Positions 31,522 to 41,898 of a stretch of DNA of 64,000 nt are shown here, one piece after another. The stretch spans positions 768,001-832,000 of the forward strand of contig CAVVPN010000003.1 in assembly GCA_963750165.1 (NCBI GenBank), given 5' to 3'. The notes below the pieces were generated by a model. That model worked only from the letters and a program-made list of their open reading frames with translations, was not told where the DNA came from and ran no database searches. This stretch comes from an uncultured Gemmataceae bacterium (GTDB lineage Bacteria > Planctomycetota > Planctomycetia > Gemmatales > Gemmataceae). The position numbers and the translations under genes were made by a program. Positions within the stretch are counted from its first letter, which is position 1, and every line of letters begins with the position of its first letter.

Positions 31522-31878
31522 CTACTTGACCGTGACCGTCACCTTGAGCACGTTGACATCCTTGTCGCACTTGACCTGCACCTTCGCCTTTTCATGGCCC
31601 TCCAGCAGGGACAGGCCCGTCGCGCCGGTGCCCGTCTTCTTCTGGCCCTTGATGGTCACCACAAATTCGGTGCTGTCGAGGATGCTGAGTTCGCGATCGA
31701 CGAACTCGTTCTTGACCTTCTGGTTGATGACCAGCAAGTTCTTGGTCGTGTCCACGAGCTTGATGGTGCCCTTGACCATCTGGTTCTTCTGCGGCTCGGC
31801 CCCGTAGGTCCCCTCCCCGGCGACGAGGACGAGGGCCAGCAACACGGCGACGCACAGACTCACGTAAGTTCGCAACAT
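31522..31878 (-). CDS. Small secreted beta-rich protein
   Basis: Signal peptide MLRTYVSLCVAVLLALV; VKGTIKLVDTTKNLLVI OB-like pattern. Confidence 0.7.
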   Translation of the reverse strand: MLRTYVSLCVAVLLALVLVAGEGTYGAEPQKNQMVKGTIKLVDTTKNLLVINQKVKNEFVDRELSILDSTEFVVTIKGQKKTGTGATGLSLLEGHEKAKVQVKCDKDVNVLKVTVTVK

Positions 31879-32005
31879 GGGAATTCCCCTGGAAACGCAG
31901 GGCGATTGTCCTCCCGGCACGGCACCGGAAGGCGATCTGCGGTTTTTATTGCCGATAGGCATTGGACGGCGGAACGCGGAAAAAGTTCCGTCCCGGGAAA
32001 GACGT

Positions 32006-33346
32006 TCAATCACGTGCCGCCTTCCCTTCCGCCAGCAACCGCTGCACCAGTTCCAGCGCCTGCTTCGGCGTCGTGATCGTGCCCTCCAGCTGCGCCTCGC
32101 GCGCCGCGTCCAGCAGCCGCTTGAACACCGGCCCCGGCACCAACCCCAGCCGCGTCAACTCATGCCCGGTAATCAGCGGCGGCGGGTTCAGGTCCGCGGC
32201 CGTCCACTCGCGCAGCAAATACTCGCAATATTCCACGTGCTCCACACTGCGGCCGCTGGCCAGCGCGTCGGCGCGGTGCAGCGCCAGCAACTCGCCGATG
32301 CCGGGGTGGATCAGCGTCATCTTGAGCTTGCTCGTGCGCATCTGGCGAACGTCGCACAAAAATTGATGCTTCTCCACCAGCCAGGTCACGCGCTCGCGCT
32401 CCGCGTTCGACAGCCGCAGCCGCTCCGCGATCTCGCCCGCCAGCCGGGCGCCGACGTGCTCGTGGTAGTAGAAGGTGTAGCGCTCCGGCGTGCGGCCGAC
32501 GGTGCGCGGCTTGCCCACATCGTGCAGCAGCGCCGCCAGCGCCAGCGGAAACGACGGCTCCGGCCCCAGCAACTCCATCACACGCATCACGTGATCCCAC
32601 AGGTCGCCCGTCGGCGCCGCCGGCGGCCCCTGTGGCAGGCCGCGCATCGGCAGCAGTTCCGGCAGCACCGGCGCCACCAGCCCCAGTTCGAGCAGCAGGT
32701 TCAGGCCACGCACTCGCCGCGGATGGACCAGCAGTTGCCGCAGCTCTTCCGCGATACGCTCGGCACTGACGACGGTGATCTGCGCCGCCATCTCGCGCAC
32801 CGCCGCCTCGGTCGGCGGGTCGATGGCCAGGTCGAAGCGCGTCGCCATGCGCACCGCGCAGCAGCCGCAGCTTGTCCTCGCCAAAGCGCACCCGCGGCTC
32901 ACCGATGGCGCGCAGCAGCGAGCGCTCCAGGTCCGCCCGGCCGCCCACGTAGTCCACGAGTTCCCGTGTCAGCGGGTCGAAGAACATGCCGTTGATGGTG
33001 AAGTCGCGCCGCTCCGCGTCCTCGGCGCCGACGAGAAACGCACCGCGTCGGGGTGCCGGCCGTCACTGTAGCCAACATCGGTGCGGAAGGTCGCCACCTG
33101 CACCATGAGTGGCTTGCCCTGGCCGCGCGGCCCCAGCACCTCGACGACGCCAAAGCTCGCTCCCACCGCGACCGTGCGGCGGAACAGCTGGCGCACCTGG
33201 TGCGGCGTGGCCGACGTGGCGATGTCGTAGTCCTTCGGCGGCAGGCCGAGCAGTTCGTCGCGCACGCAGCCGCCGGCCCAGAGCGCCTGATGGCCGGCCT
33301 CCTGGAGCTGGCGCACGACCTGGGTGGCGAAGTCACGTTGCGTCAT
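32006..33346 (-). CDS. cca: CCA tRNA nucleotidyltransferase with HD domain, two apparent frameshifts (about 33025 and 32860)
   Basis: AGGCVRD..LG..PKDYDIATSA, RDFTIN region, FGEDKLRLLR, SAERI, ALLHDVGK. Confidence 0.85.
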
Positions 33347-33947
33347 GGTCGGCGGCCCCGTTGGCCAGCGGGTCAGGCGGCAGCTCCTTGACCCAGAGCA
33401 GCAGTTCGTTGCGGCCGTAGCGGCGCCGGTCCCACGCCTCCGGCTCCGGCAGGTGGTCGCCAAACACGCCCTTTTCCGATTGCAGCACCAGCACCGACTC
33501 GCCCGGCAGCCGCTCCTGGAACCCGCGGATCACCGCGGCCATGTCGTCGGCGCGGTTCACCAGATCGGCGAACGGCGGGCTGAGGTAGACGTTGACGGGC
33601 TCGTCCGGCGGCAGCCAGTGGGCGGCCCAGCGATACACGTCGCCGCGGATGACCTGGCCGCGCTCGGCGACGCGGAAGTCCGTCAGGTTGCGTTCGATGT
33701 CCTGGGCCAGCCGGAAGTCGCGCTCGAGGAACTGACAGAAGCTGGCGCCGCGGCTGATCGCCTCCAGGCCGATGACGCCACTGCCGGCGAAGGCGTCGAA
33801 GAAGGGCCGCTCCGGCACCGCGTTGCCGAGGATGCTGAACAGGGCCTCGCGCACCTTGTCCGGCGTCGGCCGCAGCCCCGGATGCACCTGACACGTCAGC
33901 TTGCGACCGCGCAAGGAACCGGACACGATTCGGAGTTGTACGCGCAT
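33333..33947 (-). CDS. rsmD: RsmD-family 16S rRNA methyltransferase
   Basis: LRIVSGSLRGRKL, LRPTPDKVREALFSIL, DAFAGSG..GLEAISRGA, SPPF. Confidence 0.85.
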   Translation of the reverse strand: MRVQLRIVSGSLRGRKLTCQVHPGLRPTPDKVREALFSILGNAVPERPFFDAFAGSGVIGLEAISRGASFCQFLERDFRLAQDIERNLTDFRVAERGQVIRGDVYRWAAHWLPPDEPVNVYLSPPFADLVNRADDMAAVIRGFQERLPGESVLVLQSEKGVFGDHLPEPEAWDRRRYGRNELLLWVKELPPDPLANGAADHDAT

Positions 33948-34364
33948 ACTTCTGCCTACCGAGACCCCCGCTCCCGGGTAATGGCCGGTCGAAAACCCGC
34001 CACCTCAAAGGTAAACAAAGGACGCGGGGCGGTCCAGGGGGGTTCACGCAGGGTCGTTCCCCGGAAGCGGCCTGGGCGGTATAACAAAGAGGTAGTGCCA
34101 GGGAAGGCTTGGCTCTCATATCATCTCACAGACACCCCTGCCAGCCCCAGGGGCAGCGCAGAGTCCCCACTCACAACCCCGACGCCGTCCAGGGAACCCC
34201 CCACCAGGGGCAGCGAGCAAGAAGCGAACGATCCTGGCGCGGCCGTTTTCGCGGCCAATTGCCCTTGTGGCCGGCACATGATTTGCTACGGTAACAGAAG
34301 TCTCCTCTACCCGGCCGCTTCCCCTGTACGCGGCCCTGCTTCCCCGAGACGCCACGGGACTTGC

Positions 34365-35311
34365 ATGAGTCCGACCATGAGACTGCTGATCGCGGAAGAC
34401 CACCTCCAGACCAGTCGCTTGTTGCAAGACCTGCTGGCGCGCTGGGGTTACGAATCGACAGCGGTTCCGGACGGCCTGACCGCTCTGGAGGCCCTGCGCG
34501 CCCGGACGCGCCGCGCCTGGCCCTGCTCGACTGGGGGCTGCCGGGTCTGGACGGCATCCAGGTTTGCCGGGCTCTGCGCCAGGAAGCGGATCGTCCTTAC
34601 ACCTATGTCGTGCTGGTGACCGGCCAGGGCGGCAAGCAGGAGATGCTCGAGGGTATGGAGGCCGGGGCCGACGACTACCTGGTGAAGCCCATTGACGCGC
34701 TGGAACTGCGGGCCCGGCTCAACGCGGGGCAGCGCATCGTCGTGTTGCAGGAGCAACTACTGGCCATGCAGCGGCGGTTCCGCGAACAGGCGCTGCACGA
34801 CGGTCTAACGGGGCTGTGGAACCGCACGGCCATCCTGGACATCCTGGAGCGCGAGCTGGCGCGGGGCCGGCGGTCGGCGAACCCGGTGGGGGTGGTCATG
34901 GCGGACCTGGACCATTTCAAGCGCATCAACGATGCGCATGGCCACCTGGCCGGCGACGAGGTGCTGCGGCAGGCGGCGCGGCGGCTGCTGTCGATGCTGC
35001 GGCCCTACGACACCGTGGGCCGCTACGGCGGCGAGGAGTTTCTGGTCGTGCTGCCGGGTTGCGACGCGGCGACGACACTGGGCCTGGCGGATCGGTTGTG
35101 CCGGCACATGGCCGCCGAGCCGGTGGACTGGGAGCAGACGCGGGTGCCGATCACGCTCAGCCTGGGGGTCGCGGCCTGGGCGGGCGGTCCGGGCGAGGCC
35201 GCCGAGCTGCTCCGCACGGCCGACGTGGCCCTGTATCGGGCCAAGCGCGACGGTCGCAACCGGGTGGCGCTCGGCGGCCCAGTGCCCGACCCGGTGAACC
35301 TGCCCGACTGA
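34365..35311 (+). CDS. Response-regulator diguanylate cyclase (REC-GGDEF), apparent frameshift near 34500
   Basis: LLIAED, LLDW..PGLDG, GADDYLVKP; DGLTGLWNR, DLDHFKRIND, RPYD I-site, GGEEF. Confidence 0.9.
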
Positions 35312-35364
35312 GGCCACCGCGGGCTCCTTGAAAGCGGCCGGGTGCCGTCTACAATGCGGGCAGA

Positions 35365-35675
35365 GAGCCGGTAGCTCAGTCGGTAGAGCAACGGACTTTA
35401 ATGGGAGTGCCCGGGACCGAAAGGCCCGAGGTAGAACCGCTCCAAATGCTGGAACCCCCTGAGAGCCGGCGGTACGCAAGGCGTGACAATCTGCCGGATT
35501 GGGCAATCAGCAGGAAAGGCCGACGCGAGTCGGAATCCTCAGAGACTTGACGAGCGGCTCCCCAGCGGGTCAGGCCGGGGGAGGTGGTAAAGTCCAGACC
35601 GCAACGGCAACGGCGGGCGAAAGCCCGTGCGGTAGGTTAATCCGTAGGTCCTGGGTTCGAGTCCCAGCCGGCTCA
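35365..35675 (+). tRNA. tRNA-Lys(UUU) interrupted by a group I intron (exons 35365-35398 and 35637-35675)
   Basis: Acceptor GAGCCGG/CCGGCTC plus discriminator A; D arm GCTC/GAGC; anticodon stem ACGGA/TCCGT; spliced loop CT-TTT-AA; T arm CTGGG-TTCGAGT-CCCAG. Confidence 0.85.
35399..35636 (+). ncRNA. Group I self-splicing intron, 238 nt, no ORF
   Basis: P AAATGCTGGAA, Q AATCAGCAGG, R TCAGAGACT, S GTAAAGTCC; P1 ACUU/GAGU with U.G at U34; ends in G35636. Confidence 0.88.
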
Positions 35676-35849
35676 CTGGTGCCGCAAGGTGCCCGGAAGT
35701 GCCATCAGATGAATTCGCAAGGGGTTGCGGCAACGCAGCCCCTTCTTCGTTTACCATCCCCTGAGTGCCTGCCGATGCCGCGGAATGCCCTTGGTTGCAC
35801 GGAGTTTGTGCAACCAGTGTGCAACCAAAACCGTCTCCGTCGGTCCCCG

Positions 35850-36063
35850 TTGCGGCCAACGATGCGGCTTCGACGGGGCCAGTGGGCAGGAAGCTCGGCA
35901 ACTTCTCGACGGCTCCGGCCAGATCGTGCAATCGGCGGTGCGAGTAGCGTGCGGTGAGGTTGGGGCTGCTCTGCCCGGCCAGTTCCTGTAGGGTCCGCAG
36001 GTCGATGCCAGGCCGGCCGCCCAGGGTCAGGCGGTAGGACGGGACGGATGGATGGCGGGGCAT
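35850..36063 (-). pseudogene. Tyrosine integrase remnant (N-terminal start fused to C-terminal tail)
   Basis: MPRHPSVPSYRL joined to IDLRTLQELAGQSSPNLTARYSH...AVEKLP; box II tyrosine present, His replaced by Gln, core missing. Confidence 0.7.
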
Positions 36064-36173
36064 GCGGTGCAACCCTTTCTGCGGAAGACTTCCGCAAAAT
36101 CGAAGAGTTCTGTGCCGCACTCCCGAACATCGAGAGGTACTGTAACTTCAGTTCAACTAAGGACTTGCTCTAG

Positions 36174-36247
36174 TACGCCCGAAGGGATTCGAACCCCTAA
36201 CCTATGGCTCCGTAGGCCATTGCTCTATCCAGTTGAGCTACGGGCGC
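36174..36247 (-). tRNA. tRNA-Arg(ACG)
   Basis: GCGCCCGTAGCTCAACTGGATAGAGCA ATGGC-CTACGGA-GCCAT AGGTTAGGGGTTCGAATCCCTTCGGGCGTA. Confidence 0.95.
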
Positions 36248-36435
36248 AAGTGTTTGCTTCACTTCAATTTGCGTCGATCCTTGTCGCTTCATCCTTGTGG
36301 TTGTTACAACCCCTCACAACCTTGGTAGAAATGGGAAAGTGGCCGATTCGCCGTTACCGAATCGGCCATGAACACAGTCACCAGCGTTTCAAGGAGAAAG
36401 CCACCATCTCCAAAATCAATTCTATCCCATCCGCC

Positions 36436-36540
36436 GTTCCTGGCAAGCCCGCCAAACCGTCCGCCGATTTTCCGCTGATCCCTCACGCCACCGACCTCTG
36501 GTGCAAGAAGATCGAGGCAAACTCCGCTACTTCGGCCGCT
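36436..36540 (+). pseudogene. Remnant of a planctomycete-type integrase N-terminus
   Basis: PGKPAKPSADFPLIPHATDLWCKKI, then after a 1-nt shift GKLRYFG; truncated. Confidence 0.6.
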
Positions 36541-36762
36541 GAGATGACTGAGATCCTCCACGGCTTTCAGACCACTCGCCCTTGCGGCGAGGTTGAGGGG
36601 AGTTGCCTGACCCAAAGCCTTTTTTGGCGTATTCAACCACTCGTCGGCCAAGTCCAAATTACCCGCAAACAGGCTGATGGCTTTGGCCCTGATGATTTGC
36701 TGTCGTTGGAGAGGGTCGGTTCCTTGATCTCCCTGAAAACCCTCATCGCAATCAGATGTCAT
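36540..36762 (-). pseudogene. Xre/MbcA/ParS-type antitoxin C-terminal domain, orphan and probably truncated
   Basis: AAGGA RBS; AISLFAGNLDLADEWLNTPKKALGQATPLNLA...GLKAVEDL; no RES toxin adjacent. Confidence 0.6.
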
Positions 36763-36779
36763 CGCTGTTCCTTTCGTAA

Positions 36780-38108
36780 TCAAAACAACCCCGCATAGTC
36801 CTCCTCGATGCGCTTCAGCGACAGCCGGTTCAGAAAATTCGCATAACACATCCACGCCGACAGCGCGTGCAGGTCAGTGAACTGCGGCGGCACGAACCGC
36901 GGCGGCACCACCAACCCCTCCTCCACGAGTTGGCTAATCATCTTGATGTCCGCCAGCGTCGTCTTGCCGCAGAACAGCAGCGGCACGCGCCGCACCAATC
37001 CGCGGCTCACCGCCAGGCGAATGTAGTTGTAGACCAGCACGAAACCCTTGCTGTAACACAAATCCTTGGTGAACGGCCCGCAGTTCTCCGGCAGACTGCC
37101 GCGGAAGATGCGCATCGTGTGCTGATAACTCTCGTGGGCGTCGTAGCCCTCCTGCACGAAGTAGCGGTACACCTCCAGGAAGTTGGCGCCTGTCTCGGCC
37201 AGGGCGACGCCTTCGATGCGGTTCGTCAGCCGCCGCACCCGCGCCGGGTGCGACGCGAATGCCATGATCTCCATGATGACCGCCAACCCCTCCTGCGTGA
37301 TCGTCGAGGACGGCGGCCCCTTGCTCAGGAACGTACACACCGGCTGATGCTGGCCGTTCAGCGTCGTGGCCAGGTGGACCCAACCTTCATGCACCTCCAG
37401 CAGCCGCACCTCACGCGGCGAGAAACGGGCGTTGTTGCGGATCTTCAAATAATCGCTGCCCGCCGCCGCGTCGGCGACGATGCCATCAGACAACTGCACG
37501 CGCACCGCGCACGGGTCGCCAAAGTAACTGGTCAGCCGCTCCGTCAACTGCGCCACCGTCTGCGGCGCGTCCAGCGTACACTCCTCCCGGCCAAAGATCG
37601 TCTCGTGCGACAGGTTGTCCAGAATGTCCGACATCATGTGGCCGAGGTCGGCCAGGTTCGGGTCGCCGGCGTGGAAACTGTCGGAGGCGCTGCCGTAGAG
37701 CCGCTCCGAAATCTCCGCGAAGGCGCGTGTGCCGCGGCACTTCAGCAGCCGCACCACCTCGCGATACTCCTGGCACATGCGCGCCATGATCTGCCCCGGG
37801 GCGTTGAACTCGCCCAGCTGGCGGCGGAGGTCGCGCTCGATGGTGTGCAGCTCGTGCAGCTTCTCTTCCGGGTCGAAGGGCAGCGGCCGCTTCTGGTAGT
37901 AGTCGCGCGTCACCGCCGGCAGCTCACGGCAGCCCTGCGCGAAGAACGTGCGCTCGATGTCATCGTCCCACTTGATGGCGTCCAGGACGCGGATGGGCCG
38001 TTGGGCCTCCACCAGGCGCTCGCTCAGGTTCCGCACCAGTGTCTCGTAGGCGTTCAGGGGCCGCTGGTACAGAGGGTGGTTACCGTTGACCGCCGTGGCT
38101 GTGCCCAT
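36780..38108 (-). CDS. QEGLA-motif protein (DUF1704, putative metallopeptidase)
   Basis: VHEGWVHLATTLNG, TQEGLA, FTKDLCY motifs. Confidence 0.88.
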   Translation of the reverse strand: MGTATAVNGNHPLYQRPLNAYETLVRNLSERLVEAQRPIRVLDAIKWDDDIERTFFAQGCRELPAVTRDYYQKRPLPFDPEEKLHELHTIERDLRRQLGEFNAPGQIMARMCQEYREVVRLLKCRGTRAFAEISERLYGSASDSFHAGDPNLADLGHMMSDILDNLSHETIFGREECTLDAPQTVAQLTERLTSYFGDPCAVRVQLSDGIVADAAAGSDYLKIRNNARFSPREVRLLEVHEGWVHLATTLNGQHQPVCTFLSKGPPSSTITQEGLAVIMEIMAFASHPARVRRLTNRIEGVALAETGANFLEVYRYFVQEGYDAHESYQHTMRIFRGSLPENCGPFTKDLCYSKGFVLVYNYIRLAVSRGLVRRVPLLFCGKTTLADIKMISQLVEEGLVVPPRFVPPQFTDLHALSAWMCYANFLNRLSLKRIEEDYAGLF

Positions 38109-38274
38109 CGCTTTCGTCGTGCTCCGCCTCAGTTCCGGGTCTTGTTCTTGGTCCGAGCCCGAGCGCCAGCGAGGTGGCTGCTGGCCCCGCGCTGGCGCTC
38201 GGGCTCGGAATCACCGCGAATCATCATGGCGATTTCGTATTAGCTAATTCTAACTCACTGGCTCGCGGGGGAAA

Positions 38275-39102
38275 TCACAAATCGCCCATATTCGCCAGCC
38301 CCAGCAGTCGCCGCAGCGCCGTGATGCCCGCCTCCGCCACCTGCACCGGCTTGATCTGCCACAGCGCCGGATTCAGCACCTCCAGCGACACGTACCCCTC
38401 GTAGCCGATCTGCCGGAATTTGTCCAGCAACGGTTGCAGCCGAAAATCGCCCTCGCCCGGCAGGATGCGGTCGGCGTCCGTGGCCAGCTCGCGCGGCACC
38501 CCGGCCAGGTCGCACAGCTGCACGTGCGCCAGCCGCGCCGCCGTCAGCAGGTCCAGGTCCTCGAATTTGCTCGGCCCGGTGTAGTAGTGGAACACGTCAA
38601 AATTGATGCCGACGTTCGCCTCGCCGCACTGCGCCGTCAGCTGCAGGGCCGTGTCGAGGCTGGCGCAAAAGGTGTCGCGGCCGCGGAACTCCAGGGCCAG
38701 CGTCACGCCGTAGGCCGCCGCCCACTGCGCCGCCTGTGCCAGCGACACCACCGCCCGCTCCAGGTCCGTCAGCTCCACCCGGTTCACGAAGTCCGCGACC
38801 ACCAGCAGCGTACGGACGCCGAACGCCTGGCACAGGTCGAGCCGGCGGCGGTAGTGATCGAAGTGGGCGGCGCGCTGCTCGCCCTGCGACAGCAGCAACC
38901 CGCCCTGATACGCGGCCGCGGCCAGCGCCAGGCCGCGGTCGGTCAACAGCTTCTGCGTGTCGGCAACGGCGTGGGTTTGCAGGTGCGTTTCGAGCTTGGT
39001 GAGCCAGACCTCCAGGGCGTCGCAGCCGGCGTCGGCGTAGGCGGCCACGTCCTCGGCGAAGGTGGCGGCCATGGTCGTCGCTGCGCTGATGCACGGCTTC
39101 AT
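38275..39102 (-). CDS. Sugar phosphate isomerase/epimerase (AP-endonuclease 2 TIM barrel)
   Basis: LALEF, NFDVFH, HVQLCD, RILPGEG, GYEGYVSLEVLN. Confidence 0.88.
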   Translation of the reverse strand: MKPCISAATTMAATFAEDVAAYADAGCDALEVWLTKLETHLQTHAVADTQKLLTDRGLALAAAAYQGGLLLSQGEQRAAHFDHYRRRLDLCQAFGVRTLLVVADFVNRVELTDLERAVVSLAQAAQWAAAYGVTLALEFRGRDTFCASLDTALQLTAQCGEANVGINFDVFHYYTGPSKFEDLDLLTAARLAHVQLCDLAGVPRELATDADRILPGEGDFRLQPLLDKFRQIGYEGYVSLEVLNPALWQIKPVQVAEAGITALRRLLGLANMGDL

Positions 39103-39276
39103 GGGGGGACTCCGACGCGGCAGGTTGCGGTTGCAAATCTCGGGCGTGGAGTTACTATACCGCCCATCCGGTTGGCGGCACGAAGTCATGGACGACTTCC
39201 CCTGTGCCACGATCGGCACGGGGGCTCGTTCAACGGATTGGACGATACCCTCTTTTTTTTCCTCGCGAGGTGGCCG

Positions 39277-39921
39277 ATGCTGACGCTGATGCTGGGGTTG
39301 GAGCTGGCGACGGGCTTCACCGGGGCGCTGGCGCTCGTGTTCGGCTTGCGGGCGCTGAAGCGCAAGTTCGGCTGGGAACCGGTCATCGAGGCGCTGTTCT
39401 CGCCCAAGGGCGGCTGCCAGGAGGCGGTGGTACGCGAGCTGAAGAAGGCCCGTCGCGAAATTTTGGTGCAGGCGTACAGCTTCACCGCCGACGCGCTGTC
39501 GCTGGCCCTGGTCGAGGCCAAGAAACGCGGCGTCCACCTCGACATCGTTCTCGACAAGAGCAACGAGGTGGAAAAATATTCCGACCTGCGCATCTTCCTG
39601 GACCAGGGGCTGGCGCCGCTGATCGACTCGCACCACGCGATCGCGCACAACAAGGTCATCATCATCGACCAGAAGGTGCTCATCACCGGCAGCTACAACT
39701 TCACCAACCAGGCGGAGACGGAGAACGCGGAGAACCTGGTCATCCTCAAGGGCCATCCCGAGCTGGTCCGTCAGTACCGGCAGAATTTCCTGACGCACAA
39801 GGCGCACAGCAAGCCAGCTCAGCTGCGCGAACCGACGGGCGCGGGGGCCAGGCCGACGATGGCCGCCCCTCGGCCCGCCATCCACCAACACGAGGCGGGG
39901 CCGGCCGGCAAGGCGGCGTGA
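39277..39921 (+). CDS. Phospholipase D/Nuc-family protein with a single HKD motif
   Basis: VQAYSFT, AHNKVIIID, ITGSYNFT, NAENL; N-terminal TM segment. Confidence 0.88.
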   Translation: MLTLMLGLELATGFTGALALVFGLRALKRKFGWEPVIEALFSPKGGCQEAVVRELKKARREILVQAYSFTADALSLALVEAKKRGVHLDIVLDKSNEVEKYSDLRIFLDQGLAPLIDSHHAIAHNKVIIIDQKVLITGSYNFTNQAETENAENLVILKGHPELVRQYRQNFLTHKAHSKPAQLREPTGAGARPTMAAPRPAIHQHEAGPAGKAA

Positions 39922-40079
39922 TTGCTTTTCTGCCGCTGGCGGCAGAACCCCTATAATGACCACCCGGTCAACCGCGGCGCCGGCATGAAACCTGGCAACC
40001 TGATCCCGGGTAAAAACCCCGCGTCCAATCCGGATTCGCTTGCGCGTGTTCCATCGCTTTCCACCTGGGAGAACATCTC

Positions 40080-41822
40080 ATGCGGCACCCCGTTGTTGTT
40101 CGCCTGCTCCCGCTCCTTTGCGTCGGCCTTCTTTTGGCAGGTGACCCGACGCGGGCCGGCGCCCAGGACCGCAAGGCCATCGCCCCGTTCGTGCTGCCCG
40201 ACGCCGCCGGCAAGTCATGGGCGCTGGCCGATCACAAGGGCCAGAAAGCCTACGTCGTCCTCTTCCTCGGTACACAATGCCCCATCAACAACAGCTACGT
40301 GCCGCGCCTGGCCGAGCTGCACAGGCAGTACGCGGATAAAGGTGTGCTCTTCCTCGCCATCAACAGCAACCACCACGACACCGCCCAGGACATCGCCGCC
40401 CACGCCAAAAAGTTCGGCCTGCCCTTCGCCGTACTGCGCGACCCCGGCCAGAAGATTGCCGACCGCTTCGGCGCCACGCGCGTGCCGGAGGCGTTCGTCC
40501 TGGACGCCAACCTGAAAGTGGCTTACCAGGGGCGCATCGACGACCAGTTTGGTCTCGGCTTTACCCGGCCGCAGCCGATGCGACACGATTTGACCGTCGC
40601 TCTTGATGAAGTGCTGGCGGGCAAGCAGGTGTCGCAGGCCAATCTGCCCGTGGCCGGCTGTTATATCACCCGCGCGCCGAAGCCCAGGGCCGCGGCCACC
40701 GTCACCTATGCCCGGGACGTGTCCCGCATCCTGCAGCAGCGCTGCCAGGAGTGCCATCGCCCCGGCCAGATCGGGCCGATGCCGCTGCTGACCTACGACG
40801 ATGCCGCCAGCTGGTCGGCCATGATCCGCGACGTGGTGCAGGAGAAGCGCATGCCGCCCTGGCACGCGGACCCCAGGCACGGCAAGTTCGCCAACGACCG
40901 CAGCCTGAGCCGCAAGGAACTCACCACGCTGCTGGCCTGGATCGACCAGGGCTGTCCCAGGGGCGATGACAGGGACCTGCCGGCGCCGCGGAAATTCGTC
41001 GAGGGCTGGAGCATCGGCAAGCCGGACATCGTGCTCAGCATTCCGAAGCCGTATGCGGTGCCCGCCAGGGCGCCCAAGGGGGGCGTGCCGTATCAGCACT
41101 TCCTGGTGAAGACCAACTTCAAGCAGGACATGTACGTCGAGGCCGTGGAGTGCAAGCCGGGGGCGCCCGGTGTCGTCCACCACATCGTCCTGTACGTGCT
41201 CGGCAACGGCGGCGGTATCGACGGCACGACCCCGCTGGCTACCTGGGTGCCTGGTGACCGCGGTCTGCGCTGCCCGCCGGGCACCGCCCGCAAGATCCCC
41301 AAGGGCGCCACCCTGGTCTTCCAGATGCACTACACGCCCAACGGCTTCGCCCAGGAGGACAAATCTTCGGTGGGCCTGATCCTCGCCAAAAAAGCGACCG
41401 CCGTGCTGCAGTCCAAGATCATTTACAGCACGAACTTCGCCATCCCACCGGGGGCCGACAACTACAAGATCACGGGCTCGATGACGTTCAGCAAGGACGT
41501 GCTGCTGTGGCAGCTGATGCCGCACATGCACCTGCGCGGCAAGAGCTTTGAATACTCGGTGGTTTACCCCGACGGCAAGCGCGAGGTGTTGCTGTGGGTG
41601 CCGCGCTACGACTTCGGCTGGCAGACGACGTACGTGCTGACTGAACCGAAGCGGCTGCCGGCCGGCACGAAGCTGGAGTGCGTCGGCCGCTTCGACAACT
41701 CCACGGCGAACCCGAACAACCCCGACCCGACCGCGACCGTCCGTTTCGGCCTGCAAACCTGGCAGGAGATGCTGGCCGGAGTGGTCGATTTTCAGTACGC
41801 CGAGGAGGCCGCTCCGAAGTAG
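40080..41822 (+). CDS. Redoxin + cytochrome c + Cu-monooxygenase-like multidomain protein
   Basis: Signal peptide, GTQCP, YQGRIDDQ, CQECH heme motif, MPPWHAD, VVHH, PHMHLRGK, QEM. Confidence 0.85.
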   Translation: MRHPVVVRLLPLLCVGLLLAGDPTRAGAQDRKAIAPFVLPDAAGKSWALADHKGQKAYVVLFLGTQCPINNSYVPRLAELHRQYADKGVLFLAINSNHHDTAQDIAAHAKKFGLPFAVLRDPGQKIADRFGATRVPEAFVLDANLKVAYQGRIDDQFGLGFTRPQPMRHDLTVALDEVLAGKQVSQANLPVAGCYITRAPKPRAAATVTYARDVSRILQQRCQECHRPGQIGPMPLLTYDDAASWSAMIRDVVQEKRMPPWHADPRHGKFANDRSLSRKELTTLLAWIDQGCPRGDDRDLPAPRKFVEGWSIGKPDIVLSIPKPYAVPARAPKGGVPYQHFLVKTNFKQDMYVEAVECKPGAPGVVHHIVLYVLGNGGGIDGTTPLATWVPGDRGLRCPPGTARKIPKGATLVFQMHYTPNGFAQEDKSSVGLILAKKATAVLQSKIIYSTNFAIPPGADNYKITGSMTFSKDVLLWQLMPHMHLRGKSFEYSVVYPDGKREVLLWVPRYDFGWQTTYVLTEPKRLPAGTKLECVGRFDNSTANPNNPDPTATVRFGLQTWQEMLAGVVDFQYAEEAAPK

Positions 41823-41837
41823 TGAAGGCGCTCTTCC

Positions 41838-41889
41838 GTGGGGCAGACAGGAATGTCTGCCCCACGGCAGACTGGAAAGCCTGCCCCAC
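41838..41889. repeat. REP-like repeat, family C (GTGGGGCAGACAGGAATGTCTGCCCCAC)
   Basis: Second copy at 51198-51253 between rplR and rpsE. Confidence 0.85.
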
Positions 41890-41898
41890 GGAAGAAGC

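Noticed and set aside
35365..35675. tRNA-Asn(GUU) reading of the intron-containing tRNA
   Set aside because: It would need splicing after U33, which pairs with A rather than G in P1; the G1-C72 pair and discriminator A fit Lys better
39277..39921. PLD nuclease as part of the retron or another defence system
   Set aside because: About 8 kb from the RT, separated by housekeeping genes, and standalone
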